This document shows, one piece after another, positions 11,601 through 27,589 of a stretch of 64,000 nucleotides of DNA. The stretch covers positions 38,812,001-38,876,000 of the forward strand of contig OZ024743.1 of the NCBI GenBank assembly GCA_964016885.1, in the 5' to 3' direction. Position 1 is the first letter of the stretch, and every line of letters begins with the position of its first letter. The notes beneath the pieces were generated by a model. The model was not told where the DNA came from and ran no database searches. It was given only the letters and a program-made list of their open reading frames with translations. The position numbers and the translations under genes were made by a program. This DNA is from Eledone cirrhosa (Eukaryota).

Positions 11601-14413
11601 ACATCTCCTCTTAGAATCTCTCACGGAATTGCACTGAAATTGCTATACTTGTACATTGAGCCCTAGCGAAGACATCGGAAAAAAATATTTCAAATTGACC
11701 CGCCCTATCTGACGAAATCGAATATAATGTATCGATTTTTGAGCGTAAGTGATCAGTTATTTCCCTTTGTTCTGTTTACATTGAGCGTCTTACGTAAAAA
11801 ATTACGGTGGCCTTCTCAGCGTTTAAAATGACATTAACACAATACACGTTCGAACACTAAGCTTCCGTTTTGCTTCATTTCCATTTAAAAGCATTTTAAA
11901 ACAATATTTTTACTTGAAAACAAGTCTATTTAAAGACTACGTAAAACAAGCAAATATTTCGTCGTTAGGCGTGCAGACAGACAGTCGTGCAGAGAGGTGA
12001 TATACGCGTGCAGACAGATAGTCGTGCAGAGAGGTGATATAGGCGTGCAGACAGACAGTCGTGCAGAGAGGTGATATAGGCGTGCAGACTGATAGTCGTG
12101 CAGAGAGGTGATATAGGCGTGCAGACAGACAGTCGTGCAGAGAGGTGATATAGGCGTGCAAACAGACAGTCGTGCAGAGAGGTGATATAGGCGTGCAGAC
12201 AGACATAACTGATAATTTGGTTACGCTAATGTTTTTCTCTGCGTTGCAGTGTTTACATTTTCGATCTTTGTTAATAAATAACCAGTGCAGTTTCTATCCC
12301 CAGCATCCTCTTTTGTTATAACATTCGGGTTATCGTTATGTTTTCTTAACTTCATAAGGCATATTGTTGGTTGAGGGAATATTAATCAAAAACACCACAT
12401 GCAAGTCTGCACAGTAGACACTACAGTTTTTAAGCCAAGAAAGAAACTTAACATTGTAACTTTAACACAGCTACTGAGCGACCCCGAGCAACGCCGGGCT
12501 TTACTGCTAGTCTATATATATAAAACTGAGGTTGTCTGTCTGTCTATCGATTTTTCGCACACATCTCCTCTTAGAATCTCTCACGGAATTGCACTGAAAT
12601 TGCTATACTTGTACATTGAGCCCTAGCGAAGACATCGGAAAAAAATATTTCAAATTGACCCGCCCTATCTGACGAAATCGAATATAATGTATCGATTTTT
12701 GAGCGTAAGTGATCAGTTATTTCCCTTTGTTCTGTTTACATTGAGCGTCTTACGTTTTACGCTGGCTTTCTCAGCGTTTAAAATGACATTAACACAATAC
12801 ACGAACAGTTGTCGAGCCAGCAAAATTTTGACCTGCAAAATTCATCAGTTCGAACACTAAGCTTCCGTTTTGCTTCATTTCCATTTAAAAACCTTTTAAA
12901 ACAATATTTTTACTTGAAAACAAGTCTATTTAAAGACTACGTAAAACAAGCAAATATTTCGTAAAAAAAAGCAAAAATTATATAAGTTTATTTAAAATAT
13001 ATGTATCTGTAAATTTCGTTAGGCGTGCAGACAGACAGTCGTTCAGAGAGGTGATATAGGCGTGCAGACAGATAGTCGTGCAGAGAGGTGATATAGGCGT
13101 GCAGACAGATAGTCGTGCAGAGAGGTGATATAGGCGTGCAGACAGATAGTCGTGCAGAGAGGTGATATAGGCGTGCAGACAGACATAACTGATAATTTGG
13201 TTACGCTAATGTTTTTCTCTGCGTTGCAGTGTTTACATTTTCGATCTTTGTTAATAAATAACCAGTGCAGTTTTTATCCCCAGCATCCTCTTTTGTTATA
13301 ACATTCGGGTTATCGTTATGTTTTCTTAACTTCATAAGGCATATTGTTGGTTGAGGGAATATTAATCAAAAACACCACATGCAAGTCTGCACAGTAGACA
13401 CTACAGTTTTTAAGCCAAGAAAGAAACTTAACATTGTAACTTTAACACAGCTACTGAGCGACCCCGAGCAACGCCGGGCTTTACTGCTAGTCTATATATA
13501 TAAAACTGAGGTTGTCTGTCTGTCTATCGATTTTTCGCACACATCTCCTCTTAGAATCTCTCACGGAATTGCACTGAAATTGCTATACTTGTACATTGAG
13601 CCCTAGCGAAGACATCGGAAAAAAATATTTCAAATTGACCCGCCCTATCTGACGAAATCGAATATAATGTATCGATTTTTGAGCGTAAGTGATCAGTTAT
13701 TTCCCTTTGTTCTGTTTACATTGAGCGTCTTACGTAAAAAATTACGGTGGCCTTCTCAGCGTTTAAAATGACATTAACACAATACACGTTCGAACACTAA
13801 GCTTCCGTTTTGCTTCATTTCCATTTAAAAGCATTTTAAAACAATATTTTTACTTGAAAACAAGTCTATTTAAAGACTACGTAAAACAAGCAAATATTTC
13901 ATCGTTAGGCGTGCAGACAGACAGTCGTGCAGAGAGGTGATATACGCGTGCAGACAGATAGTCGTGCAGAGAGGTGATATAGGCGTGCAGACAGACAGTC
14001 TTGCAGAGAGGTGATATAGGCGTGCAGACAGACAGTCGTGCAGAGAGGTGATATAGGCGTGCAGACAGACAGTCTTGCAGAGAGGTGATATAGGCGTGCA
14101 GACAGACATAACTGATAATTTGGTTACGCTAATGTTTTTCTCTGCGTTGCAGTGTTTACATTTTCGATCTTTGTTAATAAATAACCAGTGCAGTTTCTAT
14201 CCCCAGCATCCTCTTTTGTTATAACATTCGGGTTATCGTTATGTTTTCTTAACTTCATAAGGCATATTGTTGGTTGAGGGAATATTAATCAAAAACACCA
14301 CATGCAAGTCTGCACAGTAGACACTACAGTTTTTAAGCCAAAAAAGAAACTTAACATTGTAACTTTAACACAGCTACTGAGCGACCCCGAGCAACGCCGG
14401 GCTTTACTGCTAG
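8619..14413 (+). mobile_element. Head-to-tail array of six non-autonomous Helitrons
   Basis: Units 8619-9610, 9611-10570, 10571-11550, 11551-12510, 12511-13490, 13491-14413. Each starts TCtatatatataaaactg and ends with hairpin cccgagcaacgccggg (cccgagcaacgcctgg in unit 1) + ctttactgCTAG. The array sits between host A (8618) and T (14414) with no TSD. Confidence 0.9.
9036..9305 (+). repeat. 37-bp minisatellite inside each Helitron unit
   Basis: gtcgtgcagagaggtgatataggcgtgcagacagaca, with 6, 6, 4, 6, 4 and 5 copies in units 1-6. Confidence 0.9.
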
Positions 14414-15217
14414 TTTTATTATATTTTACTTACATTTAAAATTTTAAATTCCGGATTCCGGTTTCTGTGTGTGCGTATAAGTTGAACGTCTAAACTTGTA
14501 TCATGAACCTCAAAGTATCTTAACTTCTCCCTGTCCCATTGGCCGTCAACTGTTAGCCTCTATCTGTACCAGACTCTAGAGCACTATTTATCACGTCCAG
14601 CTCACATATTTTCTATTTCTTTTAGTTTCCTTCTCCTTCCCTTCATCTTTCCACCCTTTCTTTTTCCTCACCCTCACACCTCCTCATGAGTGCCTGAGTG
14701 TGTGGCTGCGTTACCATCGATATATGTATGAATGTACGATGAACACCTTGATTCACTCCACTCTAACCACCATCCCCTCCGCACTCTCCCTCTTTGCTAT
14801 AAACGTATAGCCACTGGATGAAATTCTACCCGTGCCAACAATAGTTCTCTGACCTACCATTGTGACCCAACCCTACATTTCTACTCGTCAGTGTCTGTCA
14901 TCTCGCCTTTTAAAAAATCATTTTATTCTATTCTTTATTTATCAATATCTCTTCTCCAAGTTTACTTCCAATTCATTCTCCCGCATCTTGCCCTTTTGCA
15001 CTCCACCTGTCTTCTTTTCTCTCATTTACATTAAATCCGAAAAAAATGTTCGTGATGATAGCTAGACATCGTACCTAGACGAAACCGCTAGGCTCGCAGT
15101 TGAACTTCCAATTTATATATATATAGCTCATAATTTAAAGAAACAAAATACAGGAGACAGTTTTTAGGTCCACGCTTAATGGAAGTGACATATATGTATG
15201 CATATATATATATATAT

Positions 15218-15417
15218 AACGAAGGAAATGTGGTAAGGAACCAGGTGGACAATAACGCACCAAAGTACTCAATACTTGAGGTAGTAGAGTTGGTAATAGG
15301 AACCAGTAAGACCCCGGCAGCTGAGCCCAAGACGTTTCGACGGCTAATTCTGGACTCATTAAGTCCAGAATTAGCCGTCGAAACGGCTTGGGCTCAGCTG
15401 TCGGGGTCTTACTGGTT

Positions 15418-15419
<2 letters not shown>
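15218..15419. mobile_element. Short inverted PLE remnant (family of 1-1008)
   Basis: Arms meet at ctggactcattaagtccag. Long-tail end on the left, short end (ggttcc) on the right, both in (TA)n. Confidence 0.75.
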
Positions 15420-15454
<35 letters not shown>

Positions 15455-15916
15455 GGTACAAATATTTCGAAAAATACACTAGGGTAGTGATATATATTAT
15501 GAGTTTAGCTCTTGTCTTAGTAGTAAGAATGTTGTAACATTTCAGGCGTTATTTCCTCAACAGAATATGGAATGAGAAAAATGAGAGATATATGATGACA
15601 GAAAAATACAGAGAGAAAGAAAGATAATTGACAGAAAAATCATATTTCGCCACATGAGAACGTTTTGTATATATATTGTAGTAAAAGAAGGTAAAATATA
15701 TCCAAAGATAAGAATACTTAGTCCGTGAGACAAGTTCTGATATGCAATATACAGTACTACAACGATACCATTTGGCAACTATTCATGCATCATTAGCCTT
15801 ACGCCAATTTATGCAGTCTGCCATTTTGTAAGTAGAACTATTACAAAATGGCAGACTGAATGAGAAGGTATGAATCTACGGAAACTTGAGTGCTTGCCCA
15901 AATGCATATTTGTAAC

Positions 15917-15919
15917 ATA

Positions 15920-15996
<77 letters not shown>

Positions 15997-16378
15997 ACAC
16001 ACTATACACACACACATATATATATATACACACATATATATATATATATATATACACATATATATATATATATACACACACATATATATATATATATATA
16101 CATATATAAATCAGGAAAGAAGGTTTACATGGTTTGCAATACAAAAAAGTTTTTAATCACATAGCTTACATTTGTTTCACTGAACTGGTATGTCTAGAGA
16201 TCGCTATCCGCTTAATTTTGCGTTACTCGATCGCCAATACAGAATTATAACCAGTCAGATCTTCGGAGCATGCGAGAATGAAGAAAATATACAGGCAAGA
16301 AAATATCGTCCACTACCTGGAATACCATAACTGGACTTCACCTAAGTGGACTGCATTTAACTATTATTTGTTAATCCG

Positions 16379-16445
<67 letters not shown>

Positions 16446-16486
16446 ATATATATATGTATATATAAATATATATATATATGTATATG

Positions 16487-16564
<78 letters not shown>

Positions 16565-16690
16565 GTATATATATATATATATATATATATAAAGAAAAAG
16601 AGATGAAATCGAAAATGCAACTGAAGTATTATTTTTTTTTTAAATATATATATTTATAGTGGACTGCATTTAACTATTATTTGTTAATCC

Positions 16691-16754
<64 letters not shown>

Positions 16755-16825
16755 GTATATATATATATGTATATATAAATATATATATATATGTATATGC
16801 TATATATATATATATATATATATGA

Positions 16826-16858
<33 letters not shown>

Positions 16859-16872
16859 TATATAAATTTATA

Positions 16873-16947
<75 letters not shown>
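15917..16947. repeat. Compound (TA)n/(CA)n microsatellites, representative of dozens of tracts in the window
   Basis: Directly visible. Other large tracts at 22737-22846, 27078-27328, 48421-48781 and 55757-55993. Confidence 0.95.
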
Positions 16948-16951
<4 letters not shown>

Positions 16952-17297
16952 AAAAAGAGATGAAATCGAAAATGCAACTGAAGTCTTATTTTTTTTTTAA
17001 ATATATATATTTATTTGGTTCCTTTACCGGTTTCGCAGTTCTTCTGCTTTTCAAAAGGTGAGTTGAGATGGAGGGTCTGTGGTTTTTCTCAGATGTGAGA
17101 AAAACCACAGACCCTCCATCTCAACTCACCTTTTGAAAAGCAGAAGAACTGCGAAACCGGTAAAGGAACCAAATAAATATATATATTTTTTTTAAAAATA
17201 AGACTTCAGTTGCATTTTCGATTCCATCTCTTTTTCTTTATACTTCCACTCGTGTAGGACACCTCGGTTATTTTTCATTTTGTAAAAAAAACCTCAC

Positions 17298-17305
<8 letters not shown>
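16948..17305. mobile_element. Inverted PLE remnant with two copies of a minimal hammerhead
   Basis: Arms of ~140 bp around ctca-gatg-tgag (~17091). HHR at 17129-17166 (+) and 17021-17058 (-). Confidence 0.8.
17129..17166 (+). ncRNA. Minimal type I hammerhead ribozyme motif, U3-A8 core
   Basis: cctt TTGAAAA gcag-aagaa-ctgc GAAA ccgg TA aagg: perfect stems I and II and a palindromic stem III (accggt). Confidence 0.75.
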
Positions 17306-18850
<1,545 letters not shown>

Positions 18851-19605
18851 ATATATGTGTGAGTGTGTGTGAGTGTGTGTGTGTGTGTGCGTTCGTGTGT
18901 GTGTGTGTGTGTGTCTGTGTGTGTTTGTGTTTCTGTGCTTGTGACTTTATTGAAATCAACTTAACTTTAACGCCCTTATGTTATTTTTATCTTACTATGA
19001 AAGTTATCCGACTAATTAGGCATAACTGACTCGAAAACCCCACTGTCGTACATATATACCTCCACATATCTGCTCAAAGTTCCCAACAAGAAATTATTTG
19101 TTGGTTGATAACACTTAAAACAAAAAAAAAAAAAAAAAAAAAACGGAATATTACGGCAGCCTCTTTATGAAATAAAACAATCGGTTGATCAAATATACTT
19201 ATAACAATTTTGTCAATTTAAAGCGTATATTTTCTTTCGTGTGTCCTCTGTATTGCCATTGTATGTATATACATAACGGGTTGTGATGAATATATGAATG
19301 TCATTCTACGGGCAAGTATCTCATTAGATGTAAGACATGTGGGCGTGTCCATGGGTGAATGTTTATATTTTCAGTATAATATCAAAACATTTATTTAAAA
19401 AGTGGGTATTTCAGCATTATATGCTTTTTCAACGTCTGGTATGCAAAGTGCAGTTAAGTTGCATATTTATACGGACAATAATAAAATGTGAAAAACAATT
19501 ATTAGTTTTTACATACATAATTAGAGAGGAAAGTTAATGCCTCTGTCCGAGGTTATTTTTCGTTCTCTGTTTATATGTTTAACACGTATGTCACATTTTT
19601 ACATT

Positions 19606-19662
<57 letters not shown>

Positions 19663-20074
19663 TATATATATAACAAATTATAAAATAAGAAGAAGTAATA
19701 TGCACAGATATTTACCTATTTTTTCTTCAAAAGTCCCGGCTGTACAGTTTCACTGGTCTGTTGGCAACAATTGTACATTATAGATGTGTAATATAGTTGT
19801 GAGGCACACCAGCTTTTCATGGAACTCCTCAGGGAAAGAACGCTTTCCAGACATGTTCGTAGCAAGTGAACAAATCTCAAAAGGCGGAGAGGGATAATAC
19901 AACGTGATACACAGGTCAAGAAAGGGGACTGAATCCCTTGTAGTAAGTGAAACATATCTCAAAAGGCGGAGGGAGAAAGTAATACATTATACAGAGGTTA
20001 CAGACGGGTAGTAAGGTGGACTGAAAGCGGCTAGAGTGTTTGCTTAAATGCAGTTACTATAATCATACACACAT

Positions 20075-20127
<53 letters not shown>

Positions 20128-20943
20128 CCTGTGTGTGTGTGTGTGTGTGTGTTTATGTTTGCGTTTGTGTGTGAGTGCGTGTGTTTATGTATGTGTGTGT
20201 CAATGTAGAATGAGACAATAAGTTGAGGACGCTCTGAATCATGTGTTGCGTAAGTGACGCGAGCAACAGCAGACAACGAAATATGAGAGATATGGATTAT
20301 GCAAATGTACATATATATATAAAGAGAGATATATATATATAGAGAGAGAGTACGAGATATATATAGATATGCGTGTGTGTGTATCACAGAATACTATATG
20401 TATTGTAATATGAATTGTAAATGAAAGCAGAAAAAGAAGGTGAAGACATAACACCTATGTGAAGCTTCAGTATTGTAGCCTAATTTCTTTAATATTAGAG
20501 ATATATTAAAATTTTAACCGTATCATAAGTATCGTATATAAAACCCTATTCTCATTTAGTTATGGAGAAACTTTTGTCGAAATCTAAGGGATTACAGTCC
20601 CGTAGGTATCCCAACCTTATTCCTTGAGGTGTTTCAGGACTCATTAAAAGGGTGTTATGCATATCATAGTGGCAGAAGATAATTAAATATGTTGCTGGAA
20701 AGGTTATATTGGTGACCGTAACTAATATATATTTCACTTTTGTATTTTCTTTGCAAGATTTTTTTCTTTAGAAGCGTGTTAAAAGAGACATTGTTGTGCA
20801 AATGAGATACGGAAATTAACTAATTCGTTGCTGAGGAGGTCACACACATTAAACTAACCAACTGAAAATTTATGATAAATTGAAGCCGAACCGAGCCGGT
20901 CTTTATGATTTTATCTTCAGCATGACCCTCTAACAGTACAACC

Positions 20944-20996
<53 letters not shown>

Positions 20997-21082
20997 AAAT
21001 CAGGCCGTGTAAACGCAGAAAATATCCTAGAAAATATATAAAAAATATAGATTCCACAAAATTCACTGTACATACTATATGT

Positions 21083-21163
21083 GCCCTTACCGCGGTTTCA
21101 GATCCCAAACAAATAGATAATCCAAGCGGATAATCATTGAGAAAGAGATCCTCATCAGAGGGC
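21083..21163 (-). ncRNA. Canonical type I hammerhead ribozyme in a PLE 3' remnant (~20995-21490)
   Basis: Minus strand: gccct CTGATGA ggatc...ggatct GAAA ccgcgg TA agggc. All core nucleotides are intact and stem III is palindromic. It lies ~90 nt from a (TA)n tract. Confidence 0.85.
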
Positions 21164-21659
21164 TTTTCTATCTCGGAGAATATAAAATTCCCGAGTTCAA
21201 ATTACAAACTGGCACCATGCAAAACTGCCTCAGAATGAGAGTAAATGAATGATGAAACAATTTTGTCTAGTACCGTGTGCAAACACAGAAATGAAGGACA
21301 GGTGGAACTCGTGCTGCTAAAAATAGCAGCCATTCAAACGACCAAAGGTTTCTCTACCGTTGGGGAGAATAATATTAAAGGTATATGTTCCTATATGTAA
21401 TTAATACACACAGGGACATAAGAATAGTCCGACCGTAAGCTATTGTGGTTCAATGTCAAGTTAATAAATTAACAGCCAGAACATCGAATATATATATACA
21501 TATATATATATATGCGAACGGAGGGGGGGGGGGGCGTTCTAAGGTTGAATATGAAGGAGTGGGGCTAGAGCAGTGACATCTTACATGCCTTAATTTCAAC
21601 TCTTCTTATTTATACCTGCATTGTTTTTTTGTTTTTTTTATTGGTTAATTGATATTTGA

Positions 21660-22842
<1,183 letters not shown>

Positions 22843-25800
22843 TATACAGTGTAACCCCGGCATTCACTGTGCAGGTTATTCACGGAATTCTCCTTAGAAC
22901 CTAATTAATAGTTATCCTGGAATGGTGAATATCTTCTTCGATTTTTTCAATGGATGTTTTCGTTGCAATATATATATGTTAACGCTAAATTATTAAACAC
23001 AATATACCGTATTTGCCGGTCTGTTGGACGTCCCTTTGCAATAGACTCTCCCTATTTTTGTTTGACGTTTATTTGTATTTTTATGATCACGTCCAATATT
23101 CGAGGTTTTTCAGTCTTTACGGCTGCTCTAGGAACGTAACTCCCGTTAATACCGTCTGACAACTGTATACACACAAACACACTATCACACACACACACAC
23201 ACACACACACACCAACACACACATATATATATATATAAATATTTATATATATGTATATATACACACACATACACGCACACATACACACATACACACACAT
23301 ACACACACACACATACGCACACACACATACACACACACATATATATATATATACTGAGAGAGAGAGAAGGGAGAGGAAAACATAGATAGATAGATATTTA
23401 GGCTCGCCTGAAGAGAAATACATATTTTCTCCCACCGTTATTGTGGTTATCGTACAGGTGGTACTAATATAAGATTATTTCAATGTATAAAACATATTCG
23501 ATAGCAATGTTAATTATGACAGAATGTAGCTAACCTTTGGTGAATGCTCCGATATATACTTTGATATTTTCCTTTGTAGGAGTTAGCTATAGCTACGTAA
23601 TACGATAAAGCTTTCAGAAAAGAATAAGTTGGGCATGCTACATTTGATCTGAATTAATCTGCTACAAAACATGTTCATCTGCTTATATATATTCTCGTAT
23701 TGAATTTAAACACAGCTATTATTAGTTGTTACGTTGCACACTGATATGGGTGTATTTTATACTCGTGACCATGCATCAAGCAGAAAATATCGTTTGTTTT
23801 AGCCATTATGCATTCTGGTTTATTATCTGCCTGCGTCTATTACTCGTACATATATTATCGAACCCTGAGTGATAAAACGAAACAAAATATAAAACCACAA
23901 GGGTCTTGAAAGAAAGCGTATAAAAATTATTTCTATGAAGCATAATATAAATATTTGAAGCTCTAGCATGATAGGGCTTTGGAAAATATTACACGAAACA
24001 ATACATGTGGGTATTAAATGTTTAGTGATTCATATATCACATAACATAGATATCAATTCAATAATGCTAATAATATATTAAGATGTTTCAATCGATATTG
24101 TTTCTTATTGATTATCCTTGCTTGCGAATGTTTGATTTCCCGACTTACTTTCATAGATCTATACAGGTTGAGCTGACCGTCGTGCCATCGCCTTTACAAA
24201 GCAACCATGTTTCAATGTAGACGGCATTTTGTAATATGAAGTTCAACTCATACTACTGATAACAAACAGTAATTTGTGGCGTTGGTTTGTAATTCTAATT
24301 ATGAGTAAAGGGTGACTATCATTCGTGAATTTCAATCTAATTCAATATTGTGTAGGGGAAATGGTAAGAAACTTAATATAGAATTATATTGCAGAAGTCA
24401 GCATATGTTTATTATTATTGATTTTGTCAGGTGTAACCTGTTGGAATTGACTATATAATTTGTGGATATCGTGAAATTACGTGCCATAACATGATGGATA
24501 CTTGGCCTAGCAAACGTTTTCGCTTAATATATGCTAGTGGTGTTCATTCCAATATACGCAAAACCAGAAAAGCCAGAAACATGAATTTAGGGCTGTGTGG
24601 TGTCGCATACGATAGCAAACATAGATATGGCTAAATTCAATCCATATAGAACATTTGACACGAACAATATGTACGAGATTGTAAAGATATCTGAGACACG
24701 TGATTATCATTTTTATAATCTAAATTATATTGATTAGTTTCTTGAATCTGTTGATATCACTGGATTATAGCGTAATCTCTTTGATCAGCACAAATAGTTA
24801 TACATACATACATGGTGGCTGGCAACTCGTTTTCGAGTACGGCTACTACTTTATATCCATGTAGGAGAAACCCTACTGATGCGCTGAACGAGTGTGACTT
24901 TTTAGTCCAGCCAGCGACTTGAAAACACTGGTACAAACACTACACTTGTGACAATTATTGACACATACTGCTGGGACCATTGTACCCTGTGATGACAAGT
25001 GCAGAGAGATCTCCAGATATAAAGCAATGCCTGTGCCGTGAAGCTTTTATAGTGAGCAAATGTACTGCACAAAGCCAGTCCCACTCTCTTAACCAAGATG
25101 ATATTTACCAAAAAGAAGAACAAGTCACCATCATTGGATACCATCAGGGTTGCAGGTGCTATATCAGAGTTTTCCTTCTAGAATTCTGCCTTGAAAAAGG
25201 CTAAGGGGTCATCTCTCCCGGTGATTTTGGATGGCCATTGACTCTTAAGAGCTCCCTTGCCCTTTGACAGGTTTTGTTTTTAGTCCTGTAGGATGTTCAA
25301 AGTAACCCTCCTCACCAAGAAACCTTGGTGGGGCTGCCAGTTTAGTCCCCAACGACCCGACCATGAGACAGGTTGTACCAACTGGTGACATGACCATACA
25401 TATATACATACATACAAACATAATTTGCGGCACATTTTTCCCACGTGGGATATTATAATGGTCAATTAATTTTGTATGGTTTAAGTACACAAGTACTTAA
25501 TCGAGACTTTTATAAAATCTGTCCGACACTCCATCATGTGGTTAATCATACACGACTGTACTGGTAGGTTATTTATAAAAAAGACGAAAAGCAATGTTGT
25601 CTGCGGTGACATTTCCGCTCAGTGTGTAAAGAGCCGGAACAAATATTGAGGCATTTAATCACCCTACTCACCACCAGTGGCTTATACCACTGTCAAACTT
25701 GCTTTATAATATCAAAGAGAGGTGTTTATAACTTACTGATGTACTGCAATGAATTGTACATTTGGTGTCTAAATATGAAAAATATATCAGGGGCTCAAAC

Positions 25801-27080
25801 AAGTGAATGGTGAAATCAAAAATATTAAAGGTGTTTCAGTAACATTGGTATTTCCTTTGAAGCAAGCTTCATCTCCTCTTATTTTATACAAACTGGTTTA
25901 AGGTTCTAGGTTTCAGTCCCACCTATTCGGCATTGCAGAATATGTAAATCAAGGAATGGTATATTTTTCACAATCTGCACCAAACAAAGAAATGAATGAA
26001 ACTCAATGTTTGTCTCAGCACAAGAATGCACATATAAATATTTGTTTTACATTTACCCAAAATGTAGAACCGGTCTACATATATTAGATGCAAACAAAGT
26101 CACAGGTTTTATTTCAGAAAAACCTTCTCCTAGACATAAGCCTTTATGAAGACTAGGTGTATTACATCCCACTGCTCCCCTAACAAATACTTTATTGGAT
26201 GCCCGTTGACTCTGCTGTGTTTAGTTTATTATCCCGCAATATGTACAAAATCACCCCACCCACCCCAACTCAGTAAGCAAGCTTGGTGCGCTTGCCGGTT
26301 TTGTCACCGATACGACAATGCACAGGTAGACATACATACCTTCATACGTACATACAAATATACATGATAAATGATAAATGCGTAAATAAAAATGCAAAAA
26401 TCTCGATGAAAGAATCCCAGAGAGAAATAATGATATTCTTTAAATAATGAATTAAAATCTATTTGAAACATTTTGCAAAAGAATATTAAAAAATATATTA
26501 TCTTTATTTTTATTCTATTCAGTGGAAATATTTTTTCAAATAGAAAGTGTTTCCATGTCGGCAATTTTTTTCATATAAATATTATTATGTAACACAACGC
26601 GGGAAGATATTGGCAGATCTCAAGTAGACAGCCAGTAGGTCTTCCATATTATTGCAGTGTATAAGATATAGTCGCAAGAGTGAATCGTTACATGTGCAGA
26701 TTGTCTTGTATGAGAATATTGTGTATGAAAAGATTGTGTATGAGAATATATAGGTATGTGTGGTATTGTATAACTACTTAGTTGTTATTTAGTGCATATA
26801 TGTGTATTGGAATACACGGGTACGAGATGCTTGTTATGTAATTCATTTCGATTTTGTCATCACTCTATGTATTTAAAACTACTATATCTTACCATTTTAG
26901 TGTCCCTTTCCCGTCTTCCTTCACACCTGAATGAGACGACCACTGCCATTACAATAAATGAAAACAGTATAGCTTCAGGTTTTAAGGCCTATTTCAGAAA
27001 AAATCGAGAGAAGTCTCTTAACGAAACATATATATCTAAACGCCAGCATATTTTGTGTTATGCCTATCTGTCCATCTGCC

Positions 27081-27117
<37 letters not shown>

Positions 27118-27118
27118 G

Positions 27119-27332
<214 letters not shown>

Positions 27333-27589
27333 AACACACAAAGAAGTGTGTTTTGAATTACATGTGTGGGAAACCACTTTGGTGCAATATATTTAATCTA
27401 TGAACAAACGAAAAATACATAATATCCGGAAAAAATGAATTAAAATGTACTAACCATTTAAATAACTATTAAACTCCTGCACAAACTATAGATAGATTTT
27501 GTTTCGCCGAAAATTAGTGGCTGTCACATAATCTTTAGGCTTTTCAACAGGTGTAAGTATTATCTGAAAACCACATCTAGAACAAATTT

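Noticed and set aside
8619-14413. CRISPR-like array, or a repeated small gene (75-aa and 89-aa ORFs)
   Set aside because: The 37-bp repeats are contiguous with no unique spacers and no cas genes. The 75-aa ORF straddles the Helitron junction, and the Cys-rich ORFs are translations of the minisatellite.
15048-15100. Hammerhead-like GTGATGA...GAAA ccgctaggc TC, and similar weak hits at ~17620-17652, ~38256-38285 and ~55175-55236
   Set aside because: Core or stems are too degenerate or truncated to call individually.
15809-17061. Many long YIYI/THTH/CVCV ORFs here and throughout the window
   Set aside because: They are stop-free translations of (TA)n, (CA)n and (TG)n microsatellites.
25330-25395. 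HDV-like ribozyme on the minus strand (ccagtt...ctaaactgg pairing)
   Set aside because: P1, P3 and P1.1 could not be placed in the required nested order.
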